The notes: generated by a model not told the origin, from the sequence alone. DNA of 63,477 nucleotides, filler included, from Octopus bimaculoides (GCF_001194135.2; 5 parts of 4 records of this genome joined end to end with filler, not necessarily neighbours in it); one strand, 5' to 3'. Shown: positions 1-13,321, counted from the whole stretch's first letter. Translations and numbers: made by a program.

Positions 1-44
1 ATTTATCAAAAAGTGCTATAACGGTAAAAATAAACCTTCTTTTA

Positions 45-330
45 ATCATCATCGTCGTTTAATGTCCGCTTTCCATGCTAGCATGGGTTGGACGATTTGA
101 CTGAGGACTGGTGAAACCAGATGGCTACACCAGGCTCCAATCTGATTTGGCAGGGTTTCTACAGCTGGATGCCCTTCCTAACGCCAACCACTCTGAGAGT
201 GTAGTGGGTGCTTTTATGTGCCACCGGCACAAAGGCCAGTCAGGCGGTACTGGCAACGCTCAAATGGTGTATTTTATGTGCCACCCGCACAAGAGCCAGT
301 CCAGGGGCACTGGCAACGATCTCACTCGAA
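45..330 (-). mobile_element. RTE LINE 3' UTR remnant with (GAT)n tail
   Basis: Matches the family tail gtaaaagcacccactacactctc...gttaggaagggcatccagctgtagaaa...catggaaagcggacgttaaacgatgatg on the minus strand. Confidence 0.85.
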
Positions 331-2528
331 AATCCTTACACATGCCTTCTATAATGTTATTCAATAAAGCCACCTTCGGCTTCAACAACTGCTTCTGTAT
401 GAGATCTAAATCATCTACATGCTCGAATCAAGTGGTTCTGGTTCATTTTGGACATTACTCTGACTATGGCATCTTTCAAAGAATCTTTGGTGTTATGGAG
501 TCGTTCATTGACCTCTCTCTCAACAACACTCCACGTGTAATAGTCCGATGAATTGAGATCTATTAAGATACATGACTACTTGATTTAAAAACGATGGGTT
601 ACCCATTTTTTCAGGAAAAAAATAAAATCTGTAAAACAGCATACAGCTGAAAATATAATATCGTACTTAAGGGATTTATTAAAGCAGGAGCTTAAAAGCT
701 TTACTCCATAAGGACTTTAAAGCTAGCTCCTGTGGAGGGCTAATTGGGCCTGCAGCCCAAAACTAAAGAGAGCTAAATAGCATCACTATAATTATATTTA
801 TAATAATTATGTGTCCCAGTGGTGTTTAATCAGAGGTTAAGGACGGATGAGAATTAATTCTGTAATGCAATCATACTTTTGTCCAGTCCCAAGTTGAATT
901 CCAACTGTTGGCTAATTTGTGCCGAAGTTTTTATCTGAATGTAAAATTACAAAGCAAATGTCATTTATCTGCCCCTTGATCTCTGATGTCATCTGACAAA
1001 TGCCAACCAAGATGACATATATCAGCCAAGCTTTACCTGCTAGAAATAGCAACTCAAATGCTTTTAAATCAGATTCCAGTGCTAGATGTTCAAGAACCAA
1101 ATGAAGGGCAGATTTTCAATCCAGGGATCATCTTGAATCCATAAAGGTATAATATGTCTATGCAGAGCAAATGTAGACTGAGATACAAGGGTCCCAGATG
1201 GACAGACAGAATTTCTCTTTTATTAATATAGATGATGGATGTTAATGCGGGTTATAAATAATTTTTCTGTAAACAAGCTGAATTCAACCAAATCAAAAAT
1301 GACCAAGGCTGCAAGTTATTTTAACTTATAGTGTTGCTGCCTTCAATCATAGAAACCAATATATTTGCAGTTCTTGCAACAATTTAAGTGCATGCAGAAC
1401 AGACAGTGGAATCTTTGAAAACATTCCTACTCTTAAATTGATTTTATTATTGTTTTCTTTTTCAATTTCTTATCACACACATAACCACAGGCATGGCTTT
1501 GTGGTCAAGAAGTTTGCTTCCCCAGTCTGACCTCATGAGTTGATTGGGTTAATGGAAACAGAAAGAAGCCTAGCTCTATATGTGTATATATTGTCATCAT
1601 TGTTTAATGTCCTCCTTCCATGCTGGCATGGATTGGACAGTTTGACAAGAGCTAGCCAGGCAGGAGCCTGTGCCATGCTTCTGTTTGTTATGGATGGATA
1701 CCCTTCCTAACACCAACCACTTCGTAGAGTGGGCTGAGTGCTTTTTACACAACACTCGTACAGACAAGGTCAGTTTGGGTGTGGTTTTTACAGCTGGATG
1801 CTCTTCCAAATGTCAACCACTTTACAGTGTGGACTGGGTGCTTTTTAAGTTGCACTTGCACTGGTTGGGCCACCAAGTGACTTTGCAAGACAAAGAGTCT
1901 TTGAGAGAGGAGAGGGCATTGGAGGAGGTGATATTGTATCAAAATATGAAAGATTGGCATGTGACAAAGAAGCAGATGTCTTGCTGTAGAGGAGGTCCGT
2001 GCTTATCCAGCCAGATAGAAGGAGAGAGAGAGGGGAAGAGAAAGAGAGGGAGAGAAAGAGAGGTATGTGTGTATATGTGCATGCATATAAGTGTGTATGT
2101 TTGTAATGCTTTGTCTTGATATTAAATGTTAGTTGTAAATGAATATCACTGTCATACAAGCAGTGTTATTTATTTCCAATATTTTGTGAAATAATGTCTG
2201 GCCTAGGGGAAATATTACCTTGCTTGGAATCAGGTGAGGGTTAGCAACAGGAAGGGCATCCAAGGATAGAAATCAAGCCAAAATCAAACTCCCAAAGGAG
2301 ACACAGACCTTCACACTCCTAAATATGTGTCAGGTCTGAGAGTGGCAACCTGCTAAACTCATGAAAAGATGCCATAAAACAATGATGGGGGATGATGATG
2401 ATGCATATATATGTGTGTATACACATACATATCTTTACTTTATTTATACAATCGATTATATTACACCTGTTTTGACTAAAGATGTTACTGAGCATGTATA
2501 TGTATGTACATATGCATGTATATATAGG

Positions 2529-2765
2529 GCAGTGAGCTGGCAGAAACGTTAGCATGCCGGGCAAAATACCTAGCGATATTTCATCTGCCGTTACATTCTG
2601 AGTTCAAATTCCACAGAGGTCAACTTTGCCTTTCATCCTTTCGGGGTTGATTAAATAAGTACCAGTTACACACTGGGGTCGATGTAATCGACTTCAAGCC
2701 TTTATCTGTCTTTGTTTGCCCCCTCTATGTCTAGTCCCCTGTGTGCAATAAACAAACAAATAAAT
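2529..2765 (+). mobile_element. tRNA-headed SINE with Nin/Deu-like domain (family 2)
   Basis: gagctggcagaaacgttagca...ttctgagttcaaattcc...ttcatcctttcggggt..ataaataagtacc. Confidence 0.88.
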
Positions 2766-3625
2766 AAATATATATATATCTAATATTTTGTTGTGTCTAG
2801 GGAGAGTGTTTATGCCAATATTATTAAGACATGCACTGGTTCAATTCCATTCCTTTATTATTAGTTAATTGGTTAAACATCCAACTAACAAATCAATTTT
2901 TGTTTAATAGATATTATATAAACACTTATATATATTATATATATCGTATATACATATATACATTTTATATATATTATATATACTATATATATTATGCACA
3001 CACTCATATACATATATCATATTAATATATTCATATAACTATATGTATAGCATGCTTTTTTTTATGTTTATTCACATAAAATGTGACAATACATACCCAT
3101 GGTAGAAACATAAAAATGCTCTTGTTTGTTTGCGTATAGTGATTATGATTTGAACTCCGTATCTAATGGTATGACATCAACAGCCACCCTCATACCAAAT
3201 GTGACCATTGCCTATTGATGATAGCTTTTATCTCCAGTATAAAGACTAACAGTATAAAATCTTTGGGTGTGGTTCAAATGAAGCAAAAACCAGTCATTTG
3301 TCATTTATATACCAACTTCAAACTGTTCCAATTTTGTATAGAAAGAATAAAGAAAAATGAAAAACGATAATAAATGAAAACACAGAGAAAAAATATATAT
3401 ATATTAAAGAAAAGCATCTATTTCAAATTAATTTTGCTACATATGAAATATTCCTTTTGTTAAATATTTTTATTCTTCAGTTTGTTTGTTTGTTTTTTTA
3501 TGGTAATGGCTGTGTGTAAGGGTTTGCTGAAAGGGGTTCCGTTTTTTGTTTTTTTTTTTACGTTCAACACCCCCATATCTTTCTTTTCTTTATTTATTTT
3601 CTCTTCGGTGAATTTCTTATACCAG

Positions 3626-3682
3626 GATTCAAGTTCTTCAGATGAGAAAGAAGACATGAAATATAATAGAACTATATCAATG
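3626..3682 (+). CDS. Candidate 57-nt internal coding exon of an unidentified plus-strand gene
   Basis: Long pyrimidine tract ending ttcttataccag and donor ATG|gtgagt. Only phase 0 is open: DSSSSDEKEDMKYNRTISM. No homology recognised. Confidence 0.5.
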
Positions 3683-6600
3683 GTGAGTTTTGTAAACAAT
3701 AGTCAGGGAAATAGAACTTTTTTCTTTGGTACTTTTCATATCTCAAAAAAAAAAGAAATTATAGAAATTTGGCGAAAGAAAAATATAAGAACCGAAAAAT
3801 AGCAGAAAATGTTCCTTCGTTAATAAAAGGAAATAGAAACAAATATTGGAGAGAAAGAAGAAAAAAAGCAATTATTTAATTAAGGTTCACACTTTTGCTT
3901 CATTTTTAATTTATTAAATTTTCTTTTTAATTTTGGTGTTTTGTTTTTCATTTTTATTTATTTCCTATTTAATTTTATTGTTTTGTTTTACGTTCGTTTT
4001 TCTTTGTCTTTGTTTTTCCTACTTAACCATAATTGCAGAATGTTTGTTGGAATAGATTATTAAAGAAATAGAATTGATAAAACTGAACTGAAAGGAAAAC
4101 AAATAGAAATGGGAATACACCTCTGTTCTTATGTTCAGATCAAATAGTTTATCATAACCTGTAACTAACACTTTAACACATCAACAGCCATGGCCTGTTA
4201 CAGGCAGTTGTGTTAAGTTTGCAATGAACCATTGGTGGTATATGTGGTAGTTAAAGTGAGAAGTCACTGTAACAAGCCTAGTAGGAATTCTTATATCAGC
4301 TGGTTACATAGCTTAAAATATGTAATATATATCACAATGATGTGAACAACATAAATACTATCTGATTCTGAAGAGCTTAAGAAATGTAATGTGTGAAGTT
4401 GGGAATGGTACTTTTGTCAGTAAAAAGTTAGAACTAAGTTTTTGAGAATTGGTTCAAGGAAAGATATCAACAATAATAATTCTATTTTATCACAAATAAA
4501 GCATGAAACCTAACAACAACAGCTGTAGTAATACTAACAGCAGCTCCATAGTCTCATTCCTCTGGATGTACACAATTTATTAGTTTTTTAGTGGCATAGT
4601 CAAAGGAGAAACAACAGCTCTCATGACTCCATTTAGGTGCCTCAGAACTCATGGGAGACACAAAAAAAGATATGTTTAGGCTGAATATCACTCGAATGCT
4701 TCCAGTAGAGAGTGCTCAACTAAAGACTCACCGGGGGCAGGTATTGGTCATAGCAAACGGTGAGAAATAAAAACTTATAACAAAGAGCAGAGTCATGAGC
4801 ACATGTGTTTGAGAAACTGAAAACAGTGAAAAGTGCTTACATAAAAACTTCTTTAATTGAATGCTTAGATATAAAATAGATAAACAACAATGCCAACACT
4901 AACCAGTTTCTGTTGCCTAGACCAGTCCTAATCAGACAGACTATGATAAAGAAATTCCAACCATATCTATCCCATCTTTACTCCAGGTTATATATTATTT
5001 AATACATTCTTCATATTTTTAATTTGGTAGGGTATGATATGAGGGTGATTCGGGATTTTAATTTTAGCTGGTTGAGCCAATTGGCTGCCAAATCCTGTAA
5101 GATTTGTGTGAACTGGCCATTGGCATAGCCGTGTGGTTATAAAGTTTATTTCACAGATGTGTGCTTCCAGGTTTAGTTTCTTTGTATAACACCTAACACA
5201 AGATGTGTCTTCTTCCATAGCTTTATGTCAACCATAGAGTGCATTGTATAAAAATGCCAGCAAAAAAGATTTTATAAAACTAAGAAAACTTAGCTAAAAA
5301 AAAACATCTAATGTAATTTTAAAATTGTCTTAGCCATAGGAATATTGTTAACATCATACAAACAAATGATCTAATAACAGAAACCATAATATTTTCATAC
5401 AAACAGAATAAAGCTGAGAAACATTTACCTCAGATCATAATTAAATCTGTTCAGACATTAAATTGAAGCATATGGTTTCAAGTCCCATTCTATACTCAAT
5501 TCAATTTTATTTTCATCTCTGTACCTCATTTAGATTTCATATACGCATAGATTTAATTATATCGGATGTAAACGAGAATATGAATTGTCACCTTAATGTA
5601 ATTTCTAAATTCTCTTAAAGGCTGACTTCACATGAAGGCAATGTAATATTTCTGCAAACAGTGTCTAATATTAAAGTGATTCTATATACAGAAATATAAC
5701 TCAATAATGAAAACATGTTTTCCATAAACATTAGTAATGTTCTCAACGTAGGTGTGTAACCGACTTATGTAGTACAAGTAAAACTAAAAGGAAAACATCC
5801 AGGTGGTGAATTTATACGCCATGGAAACCAGGAAACTGGCTCTTATGAGTCAGCATGTCTCGAGAAGGTAACTGTACCTTATTGACTTCATCATTTCTAG
5901 TTCCAATACTTTGTCTAATAGTCTTACTGAATCATGTGTGGTTCTATATTCCTCCCTTAGAAGTAGTATATTTTATAACCAATGATGGTTTGATAATACT
6001 AACTTCTTGGATAACCAAAAAAAAAACTTGGTACCTGAGGAAACATCTATTATATATCTTTCTGTCTAATTAATCATTACCATTAAGTATAAGGATTATG
6101 TGTTAGTATTTCCTTACACTTTTGTACTTGCAACCTTTCAATGATATTGCCAATTCAGCAGAATGCCAGGATATCTGAATGTAAACACAACAGTTTCTTT
6201 CATTTATATTTTTTTTAATTATTTTTTTTATTATTCTTATTTTTTTCTTTTATTTTATGTTGTACTATCATCATTATTATTTTGCCTTCTTAGAAATATA
6301 TACTCAAGAAACAAAAATGATTTCTTTGTATTTCATAGTTTTCAACCGAAAATAAACAATCTTGTTAATTCAGTGAACTCAGTAACAGATTGCTTTGTTT
6401 TTATTGTATTTCTAGGGAATGTTTTAGAATAAAATACTTTTAGTGAATGGATTAATATATTCACACACAGTTAGGATACTGCTGCTAGTTACAGAAGTTT
6501 ACTTACTCCCAAGGTGTACTTGCTATAAAAAAATAAAATAAACAATAATAATGATAATAATAATAATAATAATTATAATGATGATGATGATGATGATGAT

Positions 6601-6802
6601 TTCTTTATTAACCACAAAGGTTTACATTAAGAAAAACATTATGACAGAATGGTGTAGACACCTGATGAGTACACAATAAGGTTCAAAAAATCAATTAGGG
6701 TTGTTCATCATTTTTTCAGTCTGCGGAGAAATGGCTAAAATTTGCCCTGTTTATAATTATACCGTATGTTACATATATGAGTCATTAATGCATATTTTTA
6801 TA

Positions 6803-7112
6803 GGTGCAGGAGTGGCTGTGTGGTAAGTAGCTTGCTTACCAACCACATGGTTTTGGGTTCAGTCCCACTGCATGGCACCTTGGGCAAGTGTCTTCTACTA
6901 TTGCCTCAGGCTGACCAAAGCCTTGTGAGTGGATTTAGTAGACAGAAACTGAAAGAAGCCCGTCGTATATAACTTAGTGGTTCGGCAAAAGAGACCGATA
7001 GGCTTACAAAGAATAAGTCCTGGGGTCGATTTCTTCGACTAAAGGTGTTGCTCCAGCATGGCTACAGTCAAACGACTGAAACAAGTGAAAGAGAGAGTAA
7101 AAGAGAGTACAG
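6803..7112 (+). mobile_element. tRNA-headed SINE with CORE-like central domain (family 1)
   Basis: Head gtggctgtgtggtaagtagc...ggttcagtccc, core ggcaccttgggcaagtgtcttctacta, tail aaagagagt repeats. Confidence 0.88.
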
Positions 7113-7199
7113 AACAAAACAAAGAATGTGTGACTGTGTTGTTGTGAAGGCTTTGCATGTAAACAAGACCAACAAAATTAAAAAGTCAACAATGTGTGA

Positions 7200-8890
7200 T
7201 CCTCAATAGGGAGGAAACGTTTGAGGGCTGTTCATAGAAAAACTCCATAAAAAAACCATGGGTACTCTGATTTTCGGGGTAGGTGCCTTTTTTCTTACCT
7301 TTTTTTTTTCAACTACAGACATATGCTCAGGGCAGGCCCATTCACCTGCACCATTCTTGCCATTTTCATTCACCTTTCAGCAAATTGGCCAGAAGGCAAC
7401 ACTCCCCACTCTACCCTTCTTTTCCTTTTCAAGTGAATCAAGTTGATCAAAGATTGGCCAAAGAGAAAAGTGTTTCTCTTCATCCTCTTCAATTTCATCC
7501 ACCATACAACCTCTTTCACCATGGTCAGTCACCAGGCATATAAACACAGCCTTTCCTTCTCAGTTACAGGAAGGCAGCGGGATGATCTTCATGATGGATT
7601 CAGTTGACAGTCAGATCCATCCCACATGCAACATCAGGTGTTTGACATAAACCCACAGGTCAGCAATGCTCAGGCAGTGGATAAGTGCATGCAGGACCGT
7701 CTCATCATCTTACACACATCTCGGATATGATTGGCAGTCAGCATTTCCATACATGTAAAGTTTATCTCGAACAGGCAAAGCTCCCCAGTAGTACTGCTAG
7801 GCCAGAGACTTTTGGAGATTATCCATCGGTCCCAGGCCAAAAGTTCTCCAGAAAAGAGCAGCTAGTTCATCTTCTTCAATGCCCAAGGTCTCCCAAACAA
7901 CACTGTCACACTTTTCCCCCATTAATTCTCTATAAAAAGCTAAAGTGGACATTCCACCTATCGCAGTGTCTGATTGGCTGAGGGCTGTGAGTGCTTGAAG
8001 ACATTCCACTTTCCAAATCCTTCCCCTCAGTCTCCATTTTATCCAGGACCGCATCTCCATTAAAGAAATTAGCTGCAGAAATATGTCTCATGAATGGCAA
8101 CCATACCAGCTCACTATCAGGGAAGCACAGGAGATGTCATAGCCTCAGCATATGTCTGCACATCCTCAACCATGGCATGCCCAGGCCACCGCTCAGTGTG
8201 GGTTGACTGTAGATAGACCACTTGACCATCGGGACATGTCTCTTCTACAAGAAGCAGAGGAGTATACGCTCCAGCATAATCAGACAGTGGCCAGAACAAG
8301 GTATGACGATCAAGCAATATTAGATGATGGATGCAATATATGTGCTAGCCACCTCTGCTCAACCTTTCAAGGGTAGCTTTTTCTCAGCCCATTTCTGGGT
8401 GAGAGTAGTCACTCTGCTCATTACTTTGTCCCAGTTTTTGTCCATCTGGAGGTCTGGACCGAACCAGACCCCGAGCAATTTAACCAGTTCATCCTTCCAG
8501 TGCCCAATGACACAGATGGGAAGCATGGACTTACTTCTCTCGGTGGCGAGCTGCAAGCCCACTGATTTTCTTGGTTTATTGTCACTCCTGAAACTGTCTC
8601 ATAGTCCCTGAGAGTGGTGCCAATCACTTCTATGTATTTATAATGACACCACTACAGTGACATCGTCAGCATATGCTGACATTCATCTCCCACATCCTAG
8701 GTCACATGGTAGACCTCTCAATGCCTCCGGTTTGTGTAGTAGTGGTTCAAGTTGTACATACAAGAGAGACGAGAGAAGGCAACCTTGCCAATCCAAGCAC
8801 ATGATACTGAATGGCTCTGAGAGGTGACCATTCACTCTGACCACTGAACAGATGTCACTGTGCATTGCAGTGATCCAGCTTCTTTATTGT
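7200..8890 (-). mobile_element. 5'-truncated, degraded Tx1/L1-clade non-LTR retrotransposon (RT and C-terminal region)
   Basis: Minus-strand translations include SVVRVNGHLSEPF...QGCLLSSLLY, SAYADD, VKLLGVWFGP...NWDKVMSRVTTLTQKWAEKKLPLKG and GGLGMP. There are multiple stops and frameshifts. Confidence 0.85.
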
Positions 8891-9732
8891 GATACCAGCA
8901 CTAGTCAAGTTGCCTTATAATCTGTATGATTAAGGAACCCTCACTACTTAACTGTGTTTCTATTTGATAATGGTAACGTAACCAAGAAAATGAACAGAAA
9001 AGAAAGCAGTGATTGAAGAATTATGTGTTTATTCTTATATTCTAAAATGAAATGCCTTACTCCAGAAATCGAACCATTGACATTACAATCATAAACCAAA
9101 CTCTCTAACCGCCAGGACACAAACTTTCATAAAACAACTCTAACCTACTTGTAAGGCCTTTTTTACTTGCTGAAAATTGCAGGTCCCAAGACAGTCAACC
9201 AATACTCATCTTGGTTTCCTTTTTGCAGTAGTGTTTTATGACCAGATCCCCTTCCTAACACAATCCTTTTAGTTTTTGCTTACCACATGCAAGACTATTA
9301 TACCTGTTTTACAACTGGGATACATTTGAATATGTGCATATCATAAACCATTTCTTTTGCACCTACTTCACCTATCTCAAATAACATGATTACGACACCC
9401 GATTAAGACACTGATATGAGTGAGTGAGAGCTTCATTAGATATCTTGTAATATTCTCACTTTCATTCCTAAAATCCTGCTCATCATTATATCTAAACTGG
9501 TTTCAGTTTTCCATCATGAGTACAAGGCAAAGCTAGTCAATCTGAGATTACAAGAATATGCTCGGTGCTGGCATGGCTGAGTGGTAAAGACGTTTGGTTC
9601 CCCACAATGAGCTTTTGGGTTCAGTCCCACTTTGTGACTCCTTAGGCACCTTAGTCTTCTACTATAGCCCCAGGCCAACCAAAACTTCATGAGTGGATTT
9701 AGAAAACAGAAGCTGAAAGTATCTAACTATCC

Positions 9733-9769
<37 letters not shown>

Positions 9770-9790
9770 TCTATTTATCTATTTATATCC

Positions 9791-9821
<31 letters not shown>

Positions 9822-9882
9822 TACACACACATATATATATGTATATATATACATATATAAGGGCATTACTATACAATAATGC

Positions 9883-9985
9883 CTCACGCTTAGAGGGACT
9901 TCATAAGTCAAAACTACCAAAATAAGCACATTTTTACCGTGCTTATTTTGGTAGTTTTGACTTATGAAGTCCCTCTAATCGTGAG
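9883..9985. repeat. Hairpin: 47-bp arms, 9-nt loop, abutting a gap
   Basis: 9883-9929 versus 9939-9985; one mismatch. Confidence 0.95.
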
Positions 9986-10607
9986 ACNNNNNNNNNNNNN
10001 NNNNNNNNNNNNNNNNNNNNNNNNNNNNNNNNNNNNNNNNNNNNNNNNNNNNNNNNNNNNNNNNNNNNNNNNNNNNNNNNNNNNNNNNNNNNNNNNNNNN
10101 NNNNNNNNNNNNNNNNNNNNNNNNNNNNNNNNNNNNNNNNNNNNNNNNNNNNNNNNNNNNNNNNNNNNNNNNNNNNNNNNNNNNNNNNNNNNNNNNNNNN
10201 NNNNNNNNNNNNNNNNNNNNNNNNNNNNNNNNNNNNNNNNNNNNNNNNNNNNNNNNNNNNNNNNNNNNNNNNNNNNNNNNNNNNNNNNNNNNNNNNNNNN
10301 NNNNNNNNNNNNNNNNNNNNNNNNNNNNNNNNNNNNNNNNNNNNNNNNNNNNNNNNNNNNNNNNNNNNNNNNNNNNNNNTATATATAAAGCAAATAAGTA
10401 ACAAGGATGTCAGGGTATTCATGCACTAATACTTTGACATCCTTGTGACTTATTTGCTTTTTATTCACCTTACTTCGAACTGTGCAGACCATACCAAACT
10501 GATTTGGTGCTTCAACTTAAGTACCTAATTCAACTGAATCTTAATTACATATATTTATATTTATATATAAAGCCAAATAATGTCACTGGAACAGGCCCAA
10601 CGATATA

Positions 10608-11155
10608 TCTTTCATTGGACACTAAACTCTGCTTATGAAGACCTGTTGAGGCAAGTGAAATCGAAATCAAATTTGATGACAGCACCGCATGACTGGCATC
10701 CGTGCTAGTGGAATGCTAAGAGCACCATCTGAGCATGATCATTGCGAGGGCCACTGACTGGCTCCCGTGCTGGTGGCATGTAAAAAGCACCATTTGAGCA
10801 TGATCGTTACCAGTGTCACCTTGCTCGCACTTGTGCCGGTGGTACATGAAAAATAACATTCGAGCGAGGGCGTTGCCAGTGCAACTGGACTGGCTCCTGT
10901 GCAGGTGACACATAAAAACACCATTTCAGCATGGCCGTTGCCAGTACCGCCTGACTGGCCCTCATACCAGTGGCACATAAAAGCACCCACTACACTCTCG
11001 GAGTGGTTGGTGTTAGGAAGGGCATCCAGCTGTAGAGACTCTACCAGATCAGATTGGAGCCTGGTGTAGCCATCTGGCTCACCAGTCCCCAGTCAAACTG
11101 TCCAACCCATGCCAGCATGGAAAGTGGACGTTAAACGATGATGATGATGATGATG

Positions 11156-11157
<2 letters not shown>
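10608..11157 (+). mobile_element. Long RTE 3' UTR copy with internal ~60-bp repeats and (GAT)n tail
   Basis: Same family as 35820-36138, 40890-41268, 42430-42670 and 50829-51000. Confidence 0.88.
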
Positions 11158-11189
<32 letters not shown>

Positions 11190-11449
11190 AATGTGCGTGT
11201 GTGTGTCCGTGTGTGTGTTTGTATCTCCTTGTATTTCCATCAAGTGATAGTTGTAAATAAGTGCAATCATCATATAAGAAATGCCATTCATTTCCAGCTT
11301 CCATAGAAGCATGTCCAGTCATGGAGGATATATTACCTTGCTTGGAAACAGGTGAGGATTGGTGTCAGGAAGGGTATCCAGCCATAAGAAAAGAAATTCT
11401 ATCCCTGTAAATTCTGTCTTGAACCCACACAATCATGTAAAAATAACAG

Positions 11450-11505
<56 letters not shown>

Positions 11506-12439
11506 NNNNNNNNNNNNNNNNNNNNNNNNNNNNNNNNNNNNNNNNNNNNNNNNNNNNNNNNNNNNNNNNNNNNNNNNNNNNNNNNNNNNNNNNNNNNNNN
11601 NNNNNNNNNNNNNNNNNNNNNNNNNNNNNNNNNNNNNNGGAGGAGGAGGAGGAGGAGGAGGAGGAGGAGGAGGATTATGTTGTATTACTACTCTAAGCAA
11701 TAGATACTCTAGCTAGTTTCCGTGAAAGACTTCAAATTCATATTAATCTTCTCCAAACAAGATATTTGGTGTTTAATTTCAAGCTGTTAATTATCAGCAG
11801 AGAATCACATTTTTTTTTTTTTTGTATTTCAAGAACGTTTTAGCAGCAGTGCAACTTAGAGTGTTTCTTAATATGAAACTATTTTGAAATTCGTACACTC
11901 ACCATGTATAAATAATGTTAACTTTATATTTTCTCTATATAAATTAAACATAGCATGTATGAGCCATTAAAACTTTTCCATGACTTATTTATTCCTAATG
12001 ACTACACTTTTTTATGTTTTGCAACTAATTTTCTTTCAACACACACACACACACACACACACACATTCTCACATAATTGGTCAGTTGTCCTTAAGTCTAA
12101 ATAATGCACATTCTAAAAAAATTTCCAAGCAGTTATATGGTATGTAGTTGAGTAGTACATCATTGTTTATACCCAGTCAGAAAGTTACCATTAGTTTCAT
12201 GTCTATCATTGCACTTGGTAAGATAGATGACTTATCTGACCTACTGGTCAGAGGTACATTGTCGTCTCTTTACTAAAAGAGGTAAAAATGCAGTCTTGGT
12301 CAGTTTGAGTGTGAAAAATCCCCTGAATGAGAAAAACTCTGAAACAAAAATACACATGCTGTGATGGATAGCAGTACCTCTCTTTGGACAATTCTAACTG
12401 TGTCTGAAATGAACCAATTTATACACGCTTTTTTGTTCA

Positions 12440-12760
12440 CTGGCCCACAAACAAGGAAGATCACATTTCCAAAATAAATTTTCTGTCATGAGAACACCAC
12501 CTAAAAGTTTCACATTGTGAATTCAAGAGAAGCATCATTATGACATTTGCCAGCTATATACAGTATTTAAAAGAAGGTATGCCATAGAAGATTAATTGGA
12601 AGCTATTAGAACAACCTGAGCCATACCTCAAAGGAATCAGACAGTACAAGCTTTGCTTAGCTGAGAGAAAAATTTAAGACTTTAGCTCTTATTTCTCGCA
12701 GGTAGATGCTTGTTATGCATCATTGTGCTTCGTGCAAATTTATAATTCATAGCTATTCAA
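12440..12760 (+). mobile_element. Penelope-like element remnant (GIY-YIG C-terminal region)
   Basis: TFASYIQYLKEGMP*KINWKLLEQPEPYLKGIRQYKLCLAERKI resembles the Penelope motif TLSxYIWELK...IKWKIL...CxLCLxEK. Confidence 0.7.
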
Positions 12761-12860
12761 TGCTATTGTGCCTACGATCCACCTATGTCACTGCTGGAGA
12801 TATCATCAATTTTAAAGTTTATCCACATATGATATGAACAGTAGTTTGAACGTTTTGCTT

Positions 12861-12901
<41 letters not shown>

Positions 12902-13078
12902 TAAAATCTGGTAATTAGTCATATATTAATTAATATCGATTAATTATCAGGAGGCCAGCACATCTAAAGAATCAAAGAGATTCAGAAATATTATCTGCAA
13001 TCTCAGGGGATTAAGGTACATTTAAAAAAAATAANNNNNNNNNNNNNNNNNNNNNNNNNNNNNNNNNNNNNNNNNNNN

Positions 13079-13090
13079 TTAATTAATTAA
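13079..13090. other. Artificial gap linker TTAATTAATTAA (also at 39097, 55190, 62048)
   Basis: Each sits in an identical N44-TTAATTAATTAA-N44 100-bp block and gives stops in all six frames. Confidence 0.95.
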
Positions 13091-13224
13091 NNNNNNNNNN
13101 NNNNNNNNNNNNNNNNNNNNNNNNNNNNNNNNNNAAAGTATTGAATGTAGATGAAATATTGAGTGTTCAATATAAAGGATCAAATATATAAATATATATA
13201 TAAATATAAATATATATATATAAA

Positions 13225-13264
13225 GGCGACTCGAGTTTCAGGGCTATTTCCCTTCGTCATGGCC
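13225..13264 (-). ncRNA. Candidate minimal type I hammerhead ribozyme (one core anomaly)
   Basis: Minus strand GGC-C(A)UGACGA-AGGG/AAAUAG/CCCU-GAAA-C/UCGA/GUC-GCC: stem II, GAAA, stem III and the GUC site are intact, with an extra A in the CUGANGA box. Confidence 0.5.
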
Positions 13265-13281
13265 GGTATGACAGACATATG

Positions 13282-13321
<40 letters not shown>

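Noticed and set aside
111-551. Recurrent ORFs beginning MKPDG.../MNQIG...RLQSDLAEFLQLDALPNANHSESVVG
   Set aside because: These are antisense translations of the RTE 3' UTR repeat, not a gene family.
11450-11700. Poly-Met/poly-Arg/poly-His ORFs
   Set aside because: These are (GAT)n and (GGA)n microsatellites translated across an N gap.
13035-13134. Palindromic TTAATTAATTAA recurring four times
   Set aside because: It is always centred in identical 100-bp N blocks, so it is an assembler-inserted six-frame stop linker and not biology.
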